This document shows positions 51,739-64,000 of a DNA stretch of 64,000 nucleotides, piece by piece (position 1 is the stretch's first letter; every line of letters begins with the position of its first letter). The DNA lies in assembly GCA_951406725.2 (NCBI GenBank), contig OX597817.1, forward strand, positions 91,884,001-91,948,000. Direction: 5' to 3'. The notes under the pieces are model-generated. The model saw only the letters and a program-made list of their open reading frames with translations, did no database searches and was not told the origin of the DNA. A program made the position numbers and the translations under genes. Source of the stretch: Octopus vulgaris. Taxonomy: Eukaryota.

Positions 51739-54601
51739 TATATACGAAAATAGTAAAGAGTGAAAAAACGACAGAAGGCTTAAATGTTAAAAAATATATA
51801 TATTTGCGTCAAAATGTCTGGAGAATATTGGAAAAATTTTTTTCCTCCTTAAAATGACATAATTTTATAATTTTTAAAGAAATACCGATTTTGCAGTTAG
51901 CTCTTCAAATTTCTTGTGACTTAATGTTTATTTTTAATAACGTAATCCTTGTATTTTTGCTACGGAGAGTTCTAAATAAGGGAAAGTAGTGAGTGATTTC
52001 TTCCGGTGTAAGGGAGATAATCGCTTAAAAAAATTTTTTTCCTTTAGTGTGAATTTCTCTGTATTATTGAGTTCGGATAGTTGAGTCTGGGTTTGTACTT
52101 TTCAATGAAGAATGTTTCCTTATTTAGTCTAATTTGTGATGATGATCCGAAAGCACATTGGTAAAATGGAAAGATTAAAAATTGTGGTTGTAGTTGCTTT
52201 GCGCATTTCTCAATGTGTTCACTAAAAGGTATCATTCTATATTCTGGGAATGCAATCTGTTGTCGATGCAGTGTGCATCTACGTCTGAGTGATAGTCCCG
52301 TGGATCCCACGTAGTCTTGGTGGCAGCCCGAGCATTTAATGACATAAATTATGTTTTCAGAGGCACAAGTAAAGTTAGATTTGATCTTGAATTTCTGACC
52401 CTCTTTAAAAAGAATTCTGATCCTTCCAATAGGTTAGGACATGTTGCACAGTTCGATCTACCACATTTTTTTACTTTTGCATCCGTAATTTTAGAAGACA
52501 ATTTTGCCTTTGTGAGAATCTTTTTAAGTGATTTAGGCTGTTTGTAGCTTTTAATGATTTGGTGTATGTTTAGAATTTCCTTTAATTTGGGGTTTTTATG
52601 AAGTATTGGTAAATTCTGGGTGATGATGGTGAAAGCTTCTTTGTTTCTGGGGTTGTATGTAGATATGTAAGGTAGTATTTTCGGGGAAGGTGTGTTGTTG
52701 TGTTGAACTTTTCTTAAAGTTTCTATGTTGATTTCTGTTGCACGTCTGATCCCATCCTCTATGAGTTGAGTTGGGTAATGTCTGTCAATTAAGGTGTTTT
52801 TGAGTTCTTGCAGTCTGAAGTTCCTGGTGTTTTGTTCTGACACTATTGTGCATATCCTTCTTGCAAGGTTGAAGGGGATGTTTGTTTTAGTGTGTCTTGG
52901 GTGGCATGAACTAAAAAGAAGGTATTGTTTGGCGTCTGTGGCTTTGTAGAAAATGTCTGTTTCTATTTTAAGGTTAATTTTTTTAATTAGTATATCCAAG
53001 AACGGGAGTTCCTTTTGGTTGTATTCCATTGTGAACTGTATATTTGGGTTTATGCTGTTCAATAGGTTTTTAAATTTTAAGAGTTTATCTGTGTTTTCAT
53101 TCCAGAGAATAAAACAATCGTCCAAGAATCGTTTCCAGTTCTCTTTTATGTATTGAGAGAGGGGTTTCCAAAGATTGATAAGGATTCCTGGTAAATGGTT
53201 ATTTCCATGTATCCCATTGTTAAGTTCGCAATGACTGGTGCTGCCCTTGTACCCATAGCAATTCTGGATTTTTTACGGTAAAATGTATTGTCAAACATGA
53301 AGTGGTTATTGTGTAGGATGAATTCAATTGATTTAGTAATGAATTCTTTACTGATCCTTTTTGGTATTTCTTCCGGAAATTGGTCTAACCAGAACTGAAT
53401 TGCTTCCAGTCCATAATTATGAGGTATACTGGTATACAAGTTGACTACATCAAATGAAACCAGGATTGTTTCTTCCTTGAATTTTTTGGGAGGTGGTTTA
53501 ACATATCTAAGTCATCTCTGATATGGCTATCGATATGTTTAAGGAAGGGTTTCAGGAGGATGTCCATAAGCAGACTTAGTCTGTGTGTTTCACAGGTTGA
53601 ACACAACAACACACCTTCCCCGAAAATACTACCTTACATATCTACATACAACCCCAGAAACAAAGAAGCTTTCACCATCATCACCCAGAATTTACCAATA
53701 CTTCATAAAAACCCCAAATTAAAGGAAATTCTAAACATACACCAAATCATTAAAAGCTACAAACAGCCTAAATCACTTAAAAAGATTCTCACAAAGGCAA
53801 AATTGTCTTCTAAAATTACGGATGCAAAAGTAAAAAAATGTGGTAGATCGAACTGTGCAACATGTCCTAACCTATTGGAAGGATCAGAATTCTTTTTAAA
53901 GAGGGTCAGAAATTCAAGATCAAATCTAACTTTACTTGTGCCTCTGAAAACATAATTTATGTCATTAAATGCTCGGGCTGCCACCAAGACTACGTGGGAT
54001 CCACGGGACTATCACTCAGACGTAGATGCACACTGCATCGACAACAGATTGCATTCCCAGAATATAGAATGATACCTTTTAGTGAACACATTGAGAAATG
54101 CGCAAAGCAACTACAACCACAATTTTTAATCTTTCCATTTTACCAATGTGCTTTCGGATCATCATCACAAATTAGACTAAATAAGGAAACATTCTTCATT
54201 GAAAAGTACAAACCCAGACTCAACTATCCGAACTCAATAATACAGAGAAATTCACACTAAAGGGAAAAAAAATTTTTTTAAGCGATTATCTCCCTTACAC
54301 CGGAAGAAATCACTCACTACTTTCCTTATTTAGAACTCTCCGTAGCAAAAATACAAGGATTACGTTATTAAAAATAAACATTAAGTCACAAGAAATTTGA
54401 AGAGCTAACTGCGAAACCGGTATTTCTTTAAAAATTATAAAATTATGTCATTTTAAGGAGGAAAAAAATTTTCCAATATTCTCCAGACATTTTGACGCAA
54501 ATATATATATTTTTTAACATTTAAGCCTTCTGTCGTTTTTTCACTCTTTACTATTTTCGTATATATTCACCCACGTGCTTTACCAAACAAACTTTCTTAT
54601 C
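51739..54601 (-). mobile_element. Young Neptune-type PLE, 5'-truncated, with ~970-bp inverted copy of its 3' end
   Basis: Minus 51739-53600: RT (IAMGTRAAP, KRFLDD), SSCHPRH, CGRSNCATC, NIIYVIKC...YVGST GIY-YIG. 53596-54565 is a near-identical inverted copy of 51739-52708; (TA)n on both sides. Confidence 0.95.
54390..54428 (+). ncRNA. Variant minimal hammerhead motif in the PLE 3' UTR
   Basis: AAGAAA(U)-UUGAAGA-GC UAACU GC-GAAA-CCGG-UA-UUUCUU: C3>U core, ACCGGU palindrome. The mirror copy at 51877-51915 has AAAA-UCGG. Confidence 0.55.
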
Positions 54602-54749
54602 TATATATATATATATACATTCTTTTATTTTTTTTAATTATTTCAGTCATTTGACTATGGCCATGCTGGAGCACCACCTTTGGTCAAACAAATCAGCCCC
54701 AGGACTTATTCTTTGCCCCAGGACTTATTCTTTGTAAACCTAGTACTTA

Positions 54750-54784
<35 letters not shown>

Positions 54785-55019
54785 AGTGTGTGTCTGTGTG
54801 TCTGTGTGTGCATGTGTTTGTGTGTGTCTGTGTGTCTGTTTGTGTGTGTGTGTCCTTGTGTTTCTCACCCCACTTAACAACTGGTGTTGGTTTGTCTGTG
54901 CTTCTTTAACTTAGAAGTATGTCAATAGGGGCTGATTGAATAAGTACTAGACTTAAAAATAAATACTGGTATTGATTTGTTAAGCTAAAAACCTTGAAGG
55001 TGGTGCCCTAACACTTGGG

Positions 55020-55330
55020 CCTCATGGAGGCAATGACAGATGACCGAGACCTTCAGCAACATGCCATGCCTGAGTAGAAAACCCATCAAGCCAAGTGAAA
55101 TTATAATTGTGGCAGAAACTGGTGTCAGGCAACTGGCACTCATGCCAGTAACACATAAAAGCACCCATTACACTCTCAGAGTGGTTGGCATTAAAAAGGG
55201 TATCCAGTTGTAGAAACCATGCCAAATCAGACTGGAGTCTGGTGCAGCCCTTCAGCTTGCCAACCTTGGCCAAACCATCCAACCCATGCCAGCATGGAAA
55301 ACAGATGTTAAATGTTGGTGATGTTGATGA
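55020..55330 (+). mobile_element. RTE LINE 3' tail
   Basis: aaaagcacccattacactctcagagtggttggc...ccatgccagcatggaaaacagatgttaaa. Confidence 0.8.
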
Positions 55331-55831
55331 TATATTACATACAGTTGGCAAAAATGAGTAACACCTGTATTTCAAAGGGCCATCTTGTCACATTTTGTGT
55401 CATGCTGAATCTTCCTCAGAACTATATTAAGGGTTTGCATTCCTGTAGAGTGCTCAGCCACTTACACATTAATTCCACAAGCAGGCTGTTCCATTGATTG
55501 GATCAACTTGAACCCTCACCATCATAACTAATGGAGTACCAATTATATATATAGATGTGTGTATATATATATATATAGGACGGATAACATTTAGAGACCT
55601 AGGTGTGTGAGCATCAAATAAGGCTAGAGATGGGAGCAATGGCCTCCTTTGCAAATGTTATAGACAGACACAGACTGTGTCATTAGCCAGATAGAAAAGA
55701 TGTTTTCCTGGAACTAAAACAACAGTAATACCATCCTTTACAGGACTGCCATGTTATGTTGGCAAATAAACATTACTATCTGGTACTGTTACTGTATTTC
55801 TCTCGCTCAGAGATTTAAAACATGCTGTTCG

Positions 55832-55877
<46 letters not shown>

Positions 55878-55879
55878 AA

Positions 55880-56740
55880 TACCCCGTTTTAGCGAGAGAA
55901 TAACTACATCCATCTGAAGAACCATAAGAAGAGAAGGGCTAGACATACAACTAGCCCACTCCGGCCTCTCTTTGAGAGGACACCTCGCAAAGAAATGAAC
56001 AAGGGACAACAATTAATGCACACTAACAAACTGTCCCATCCATGACATAGATTTATGCCAACAGATAAATGTTGTGTATAGAATACAATGTAACAAATGC
56101 AACAAGTTCTATGTGGGTAGTACAACAAGACCGTTACTCATCCGCATCAAAGAACATCTGAACATGAGAGCCTCTCTAGACAGATGCCGGAACACCAACA
56201 AAAGCATAACAGTCACAAGTGAGGCCAATGAAAGAAATTTGGGTAATTTAAGAACTAAGGAAGCTATACTCATACACAGACTAGGGTCCCAAATTAACAA
56301 CAGGCTGGAGGTTGATAATCAATATATTATTTAGCTACATCTGGATGGGTGTAGGTTCAATTTTGATAATATGCTCATCTATAGTTTATAACAAAAACAG
56401 AGAAGAGATAAAAAGAAGGGGAAAAAAGGTAGCTGCACATATAATACATAACTTAAAAGCAGCACTACGGATGTACCAGCACACATGAGATTGAGATGTG
56501 GCTGACCTCACGCACTTCTTATGAGGAATTCCGGAAGGAGCTTTGTGAGACCACTGCTGAGACGCTTCCGAAAAAAAAGCCGTTGGAAAACAGCGACTCC
56601 ATCTAAGAATATCTGAAGAAGGAATTTTATTTCGAAATATCATATCAGACTATGGATGACTAGATTACAACAGGTATATAGCCCATTGTTTGTATTATAT
56701 TGCATTGTTGTACCATTCAAAACTTTTTATTCTTTATATA
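55880..56740 (+). mobile_element. PLE 3' fragment (GIY-YIG + 3' UTR) between (TA)n tracts
   Basis: VVYRIQCNKCNKFYVGSTTRPLLIRIKEH...KEAILI...INNR. Confidence 0.8.
56607..56646 (+). ncRNA. Minimal hammerhead motif
   Basis: AUAU-CUGAAGA-A-GGAAU UUU AUUUC-GAAA-UA-UC-AUAU; AUAU palindrome, AUC site. Confidence 0.7.
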
Positions 56741-58799
56741 TATATGTGTGTGTAAATTGATACGTGACTGGTTTTGAATTGGAATTATTTTAGTTTTCAA
56801 CAAAATCTTTTAATGTTCCTATCCACTAAGCCACTAATAGAAACATTATTATGTCAGTAATAGATAGCATCTTGTTAACAATGCTATGGCAGTAGATTCT
56901 GATCTCCTCAGCAGATAGATATATGAAGAGCAAATATAATCCTACTGGGACAACTGTGTGTAAGCAAGTACACAACTCTATAAGATTTGGTTCGGTGAAC
57001 TTTATTTCAAGATAAGTTTGAAGAAACCCAGTTATGTGGAAAAAAATTACTATCTTTTCTGGAAGATTTCTATTTTCTTTGGTAATGTTTTCTGGAAGAC
57101 GTCTATGTTTCATTGTTGTATTTACTTTTTTTAAAAACATAACCATCCATGAAATGTTCATGTGTGTATGTTGTGTGACAGAGTGACAGAGTGTGGGTAT
57201 GTGTGCCTGTTTTTGATCTGTATTTGGATGCACATGTGTGTATATGTATATGTGCTTGTATGCGTATATGTACATGTGTGTGTGTGTGCATGCATGCATG
57301 TGTGTGTGCATGCATGCATGTGTGTGTGACTGTGTGTGGTTGTGTGTGTATGTGTGCTTGTGTTGGATGTGTATTTGTATGTGCATGTGTGCATATGTGT
57401 ATGTGATTGTGTGTGTGTCTGATATATCCTTGTGACAGCTTGTGTGGGATACATGTTTGTAACTGTATGTGTAGATGTGTATGTGTGAGAGATAGCTAGG
57501 TAGATAGATAAAGAGAGAGGGAGGGAGAGAGAGAAAGAGAGAGTGAGAGTGTGTGTATATGTATATATAAGTAGATTTTTTATTAAACATAATCAGGCGT
57601 GAAATATTTAAGTGTTTGTAAGGGAAGTAGTGGGGTTAAGTGTGTGTGTGTATGATGTTTCAATCCATACATAGATTCTACAAAGTTCACCTTATAAGGA
57701 ATAGTACTGATGCTATTTGTGTTTAATTAAAACAGTAATTTTTTGGTTAGTGACCATGCGACTAATCAAATGCTTAATCATGTGACACATTGTTGACCAC
57801 TAGCTGTCAGGTTCTGAAACTGATAAGGGAGTTAACTTACTTAGGCAAAGTTCCCATGACCATCATCAACAGCAGACCACCAGGACAACCACAACTATCA
57901 TCATCACCACCACCACCACCACCACCACCATCATCATCATCGTCAAATTCATCACATCATCATCATTGCCACCATAAATACAACAACTGCCACTGTCATT
58001 ACTGCCACCACAATCACAATCTTTTCCCTCATTATCTTCATCATTCTTATAATTATTCCATTCACAGCATTTATATTTCTAAGCATGTGGAAAATAAAGC
58101 AAGTTCTTTGTATAGTTTGAAGCATACCATTAAAACTATCACCTATATTTCAACAACTGTTTTCTTGGTTGCAATGATGATGAGCCATTCATACATTTTA
58201 TCGGTATCTCTCTCAATCTAATATCAGATTTTCAACAAATCATCCCAGAATGTTAAAATTCATGCATCACAACCAAATCTTTTCCCATCCTTTTCCTATT
58301 CTTAACCCTAACTCTAACCCTAACCCTTAACCTAAATTGTACAGTCTTCAAATTCCTAAATTTAACCACAGTGCTAACTCTAACACAAAAATTAACCTTA
58401 CACTAAAAATAAACCCAACCTTAATCCTAAATTGACCCAATCTATCTCTTCCTGGTATACAGCTGTATTGAAATACAATAGCACACTATTGGTTTGTCAG
58501 GATTTGAACTGTTGTGAACTGCAAATCATTATATTTCTCTTTATCAATTTTTCAAAGAGACATATTCATTAACAAAAAACATAAATATTTTACTGAAATC
58601 AAAGCATGAACAGAATTCACCATTTCTGTAAACTGAATGAAGCAAAAATAGCATTTACAATATGTTGTGTTTGTATACCCTTTTCTGGGGTGGTGCACCT
58701 TATAACAGTTTTACCAGTATGTTTATGTTATATTTTACTGTTGTGGTGTTGATGTTGGCTTCTGTCACATGTGCTCTCTTTTCTAAATTCCCCAATCCA

Positions 58800-59135
58800 A
58801 CTTGTATCACTTTACTTCCCAAGCAATCTTCATGACATGCTTGTGTTTGTTGTAATCAGTTGCCAAGATTTCCCAGTTTATTAGGTTGCTGTCACTGCTC
58901 TAGATAGCTGCAGACATCATTTATAGCATAGCAGCCTGGTGTAGCCTGGTGGCTGGTTCTTCTTACAAGATGTTCCTGGATAATTGGCTATCTTCCATTA
59001 AGATGACATTTCAAGCACTGCTGTGTATGTTTGGCAAATGGGCTTGGCTAAATACATCCTTATGTGGTATACACTCCTGTTATTTAAAGCTCAGTACTTG
59101 CCTCAAGCAAGATGTTCATCTATCTCTACTGATAT
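58800..59135 (-). mobile_element. Old RTE-like LINE remnant
   Basis: IPHKDVFSQAHLPNI...MEDSQLSRNIL...NWEILATD resembles the RTE C-terminus. Confidence 0.5.
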
Positions 59136-59254
59136 GTCAGGAAGTTCATGATTCAATGCCAAACAATAATTAGCTAACCAGATAGGTGTGCTAGATTTTC
59201 ATCTTTTTCTTCATGGCAAGCATGTTGCTTTCCTGTAATTATATATGATGCATA

Positions 59255-59299
<45 letters not shown>

Positions 59300-59474
59300 G
59301 CATACATTACACACACCACACACACAGATATGCATATATGCATACTTACACATACTTATACATATACACATGCATATATACACACATATATATATATACA
59401 TATACATGCATATATATATACATATATACATATATATATATATTCATATACACATACACACAATACATATACAT

Positions 59475-59946
59475 ATAGGGATGTGGGTGAATGTAGACAG
59501 CTTCATAAAGAAGCGCTGATCACTCCAAGTGGATAGAACTTGGGTAAGAGGGAGACCCAGGGAGACATAAGACAAAGTACTGAAGGATGAACTCAGAACA
59601 ATGAACTTCATGGAGGAGATGACAAAGGACCAAGATATCTGGTGCCTTGCTATACTCAAGAAAACCCATCTGCCACAGCAGAAGTGTTAATTCTGCTCCC
59701 CCTGATGAAAAAGATTGGCCTACAGGAGCCCTGTGCTGTTGTCATGGGAAAAAAGCACTTATGCCAGTGCCACAAAAAGGGACTCATGTAAAAAGCACCC
59801 AGCATCCACTGTAAAGTGGTTGGAATTAAGAAGGGCGTCCAGCCATAGAAACCAAACCAAATAAGATTGGAACTTGGTGCAGTTCTCCTGCTTGCCAGCT
59901 TTGGTCAAACTATCCAACCCATGCCAGCATGGAAAACAGACGTTAA

Positions 59947-59984
<38 letters not shown>

Positions 59985-59985
59985 A
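59475..59985 (+). mobile_element. RTE LINE 3' end with (GAT)n tail
   Basis: RGRPRET*DKVLKDELRTM... followed by the shared RTE tail. Confidence 0.75.
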
Positions 59986-60123
59986 TACATATGTACATAC
60001 ATACATACATACATACATACATACATACATACAAATGTACATACATACATATATTTCTATAAATGTGTACATAACATAAGTATTCTTCAATAAGTATTCT
60101 TCAAAAGTATTTCTCTGTTTGTC

Positions 60124-60205
<82 letters not shown>

Positions 60206-60611
60206 ACACACACACATGCACATATATGTTTCATCAATATTTAAATTTCAATTTTTTTCTCTATCAATTTAATGTCCTTCTGCTAGTTAATTATTCTCTA
60301 TTGTAAAACCCGTTTGGATTTCTTCATATCTGATTCAGTGCTGCTGTTATTTGTTATTTTCATTAATGAACCAAGACCCATAATTGTTATGCACTTTGAG
60401 GTCTTGGTATTTCACATACTATTCCTTCTATCATTGTTACTAAGCAACCTGGCACTCTTTCCATTTGTAACTCCCACCCCACCCCTATAACATTGCTTCA
60501 TGCAACCACTCAGTTCAATATAAACATCAACCAAATCTCCATCAAATTGCACCTAATCAGTATCTTAGGTACTGGTAGGGACAATTAAAACAACAAAGAA
60601 GCTTTTATCAG

Positions 60612-60965
60612 TCACTTGTTTCAGTCATTTAGTTTGAAGAAGTCAACACCAGTACTTATTTTTTTTATAAGTATGGTACTTATTCTATCAGAATCTATTA
60701 CTGAACGGCTAAGTTACAGGATGAAAGAAACTAACACAGATTGTCAAGTATTGGGGTGGGGGATAAACACAAAGATATACACCTATATACATATGTATAT
60801 ACATATGACAGGCTTCCACACAGATTCTGTTAACTAAATTCACTCACAAGGTATTGGTTGACTTGGGGCTATTGCAGAAGACACTTGCCTAAGGTCCTAT
60901 GCAGTGGGACTGAACCTAAAACTGCATGATTGCAAGGCAAGGTTTCTAACCATACAGCCATGCCC
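60612..60965 (-). mobile_element. SINE family B (older)
   Basis: Colinear with 43213-43612. Confidence 0.75.
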
Positions 60966-62798
60966 ATGCAAGATAAAACAATCCTAGATATTCTATGTAT
61001 GATTAAGAGATGGAGAGGTCATGTTTGAAACATCTTTGATCATGTTTTCTGGATGGCTAGTGATTGCTCCAGTGCACAATCTGTTTATAACTATTCCTGT
61101 TCATTTGCAAATTCACATACACCTCATTATTCAGATACTCATTTACATAATTGTGTACACATTCCAGTACTCAGGCACTTCAGAACTCACATACCCTAAT
61201 GCTCAGATACTCAGGACTTAGATATACTAGTACTCATGCACATTAGTAAATGGATATTCCAGTACTTATACATTTCTGTACATGTAACAGTGTTTAGACA
61301 CTCCAGACCTCACACACTGAAATACTCAGATACCCAAGTACACCAGCACTCCAATACTCACACACAACTGTAATTAGATGCTCCAATGCTCATGTACTTT
61401 AATTCTCACACTCTACTCAAATAGCCCTATATTCACCTCACCATGTGGCATTTCTTTCAGCTCTTTACATTTTGAGCTCAAATTTCCACTATGGCTGACT
61501 ACGATTTTTGTTATTTCCTGGTCAATGAAATAAGCACTGATTGAGCATTGGGGCTCAATGTAGTTGACTTTTTTTTCCCTCAGTATTGCTTGCCTTGTGC
61601 CAAAATCTGAAACTATTACCATCATCATTGTAGTCTTCATTATCATTCTTTTTTTTTATTAATTTTCCAAAGAGATGAAGTCATTAACACAAAAAAAAAA
61701 ACACATAGATATTTCACTGAAATCAAAATATAAACAGAATCTACCATTTTCATAAACTGAATGAATCAAAAACAAAAACAGCATTCATAATATTTTCTGT
61801 TTTATCTTCTCAAGCCTTTTCCATATCCACTATAATTTCAGTAAATCTTATATAAAATAAAACATTAACAACGTTCTGTATTTAATTAACACTCTAGAAC
61901 CAATGAGGTTTCTACTGTATTTTAATGACTGATTCACTCAGATGTACTGCATTTATTATCTCCATCTCAGCAAAATAACAAAGTAATTCAATAGATTCTT
62001 GTCTCTGTGTCTTTGTGAAATTCTAATTCCTGCCTTCTAGATAACCTCCAGACTCAACATGAGTTATCTTTGCTTTGTTAGTATTTTTGTTCATTTCTTT
62101 GCAGATTAAATATTGATAAATTATGTGCACATTATGTTATGTTCTGTTTATATTCAGTATTTTCAGCTGTGAAAATAGCTAGCCTTACAATGCCAAACTC
62201 CATTGCTTCAATATGGATAATAGTTAAGAAAAATAAGAGATGTAACTATTAATGGTGTATAACTTATTTTGTATCATTGGTACCATCATATTTTTTAACC
62301 TTCTTCACACAAACACACTCATATTGTATATATGTAAACTTCTATAAGTGCATATCCTCTCCTTCCTTCTCCCCCTTCTCTCCCCTGCTCTTCTCCTCTC
62401 CTTCCTTCTCCCCCTTCCCCCTCCTCTTCTCCCCTTTCCTTCTCCCCTCTTCTCCCCTTTCTTTCTCCCCCTCCCCTCCCCCTCACCCCCTCTTACCTCA
62501 TCTCCTCTCTCTACACTACACCATACGACTTTACACATCACATCATATATACATACACACGTCCAGACCTCTCATACGTACTAATACTCTCTCATACACA
62601 CACACACACTCTTCTCATACACACACACACACTCTTATGTTGGAGCAAGGTCATTTAACCCTATTATCTCCCCTAATTTCGCTCTTGCGTCTCACGTTTG
62701 ATCTTTGACTTCTGGCCGAAATCAGATCGCCATGTTGATTCATTAGCCTCTGCACGCATATTTTTTCTCTCCTTCTTTCTGTGTTTTTTCTCTGTGTA

Positions 62799-62836
62799 TC
62801 TTTCTGTTGAAGAGCGTAGGCTCGAAACGTTAAAGA
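62799..62836 (+). ncRNA. Minimal hammerhead motif (ACGU type, A6>U variant)
   Basis: UCUUU-CUGUUGA-A-GAGC GUAG GCUC-GAAAC GUU-AAAGA. Confidence 0.65.
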
Positions 62837-63082
62837 CTTGTTTTATTTATATTTCCTGAGTGCCATACTAATACAATTGTTTGTTTGTATTCCACCTGCC
62901 TTCATCTTTTGTTTATTTCCGTAAACCTGCCTTCGTCTTTTGTCTATTTTCATAAAGCTTCCCGTTATATATATATATATATATTAATAATAATAAAATG
63001 ACAACAAAAGAATGAGACCTCGATATTAGGTAAATAGAGGAATTTATATATGTATAGTATAGGACAATCAATAAGTTGTCAT

Positions 63083-63143
63083 AATAGGACTCAGAGTTTC
63101 AAATGCCAGAGCTAAGAGCTATGATGCATTTTCATCAGCTATT
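63083..63143 (-). ncRNA. Type I hammerhead ribozyme with intact core
   Basis: AAUAG-CUGAUGA-AAAUGC[..AGCU CUU AGCU..]GCAUUU-GAAA-CUC U GAG-UC-CUAUU; 5-bp stem I, 6-bp stem II, GUC site. Confidence 0.85.
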
Positions 63144-63314
63144 TTAACAATAGACGCTATGAAAAAAAAAACCGTTGAATAAAAGGGAAGTTATTCTAAT
63201 AGACAGGAAAAATTATAAAACATGTAAAATAAAAAATAAAAATTATAAAAAATACATGTAACCATATTCTCACAATACATATAAAACCTGCATTCGTAAA
63301 ATCTACATACATGC

Positions 63315-63530
63315 ATATGATTCTTGAAAGAACAAGGTATCAGCTATAATATTTACTGGGAGATCTTGGCCAAGTGTAAACCTTAAACCAATGGCAGTGG
63401 TAAGTGTGGTCTTTGTGATATGGAAAGATGGTTCATCTGGAAAAATTCCTTAGACCTCGCTACATGTCTAAATTCCAGAACTGAACTTTTTGGATCATGT
63501 CCATATATGAAAAAAATACTTATTATGGTT
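63315..63530 (+). mobile_element. Naiad-type PLE endonuclease C-terminus
   Basis: I*FLKEQGISYNIYWEILAKCKP*TNGSGKCGLCDMERWFI...LNSRTELFGSCPYMKK. Confidence 0.75.
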
Positions 63531-63615
63531 TTGGGCCCCCCAAGGTCACGCATAGAACCTGCTTTTTTATTATGTTCTCGTACAAGCCTTCCATATGTCT
63601 TAACATTTTTTATTG

Positions 63616-63658
<43 letters not shown>

Positions 63659-64000
63659 TGTATTTTTTATTTTTTTCCTTTTTTAATTGTGTGATTGTAT
63701 ATGTATATGTATGCATATACTAAATGTGTATGTGTGTGCATGTGTATATATGTCTTCATGTGTATGTAAGTATATCTATTTCTTTATTGCCCACAAAGGG
63801 CTACACATAGAGAAGACAAACAAGGACACACTAAGGGATTAAGTCGATTACATCAACCCCAGTGCATAACTGGTACTTATTTAATCAACCCCGAAAGGAT
63901 GTGTTGATAGGAGGGTGTATATGTATGTAAGTGTATATCTGTATACATATGTACATATATGTATACTTATATATGAAGTGAGTGTGAATACATGCCTGTA

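Noticed and set aside
56900-56966. Possible plus-strand micro-exon (cag...TGTGT|gtaagc)
   Set aside because: Weak pyrimidine tract, no recognisable peptide and no partner exons.

Overview
AT-rich eukaryotic DNA packed with microsatellites ((TA)n, (CA)n, (GA)n, (TACA)n, (GATA)n, (AAT)n). The SINE/LINE repertoire resembles what I recall of Octopus-type cephalopod genomes; this is an inference and was not checked. Nearly all listed ORFs are microsatellite translations or decayed transposons. There is one convincing host exon (5820-5978, minus strand, coiled-coil, KIF25/kinesin-14 N-terminus-like) and one candidate upstream micro-exon. The rest is layered mobile DNA: Tc1/mariner pieces, an R4/Dong 3' end, RTE LINEs, CR1-like, Gypsy and Chapaev3-like remnants, three tRNA-SINE families and many Penelope-like elements (PLEs; Naiad-, Neptune- and Penelope-type). 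The main hidden signal is about 11 hammerhead-ribozyme (HHR) motifs from several unrelated sequence families. They sit in PLE 3' ends or in short non-coding elements next to (TA)n tracts. Several occur in asymmetric foldbacks (inverted arms of unequal length) from 130 bp to 2.9 kb. All folding was done by eye, and coordinates of decayed repeats are approximate.
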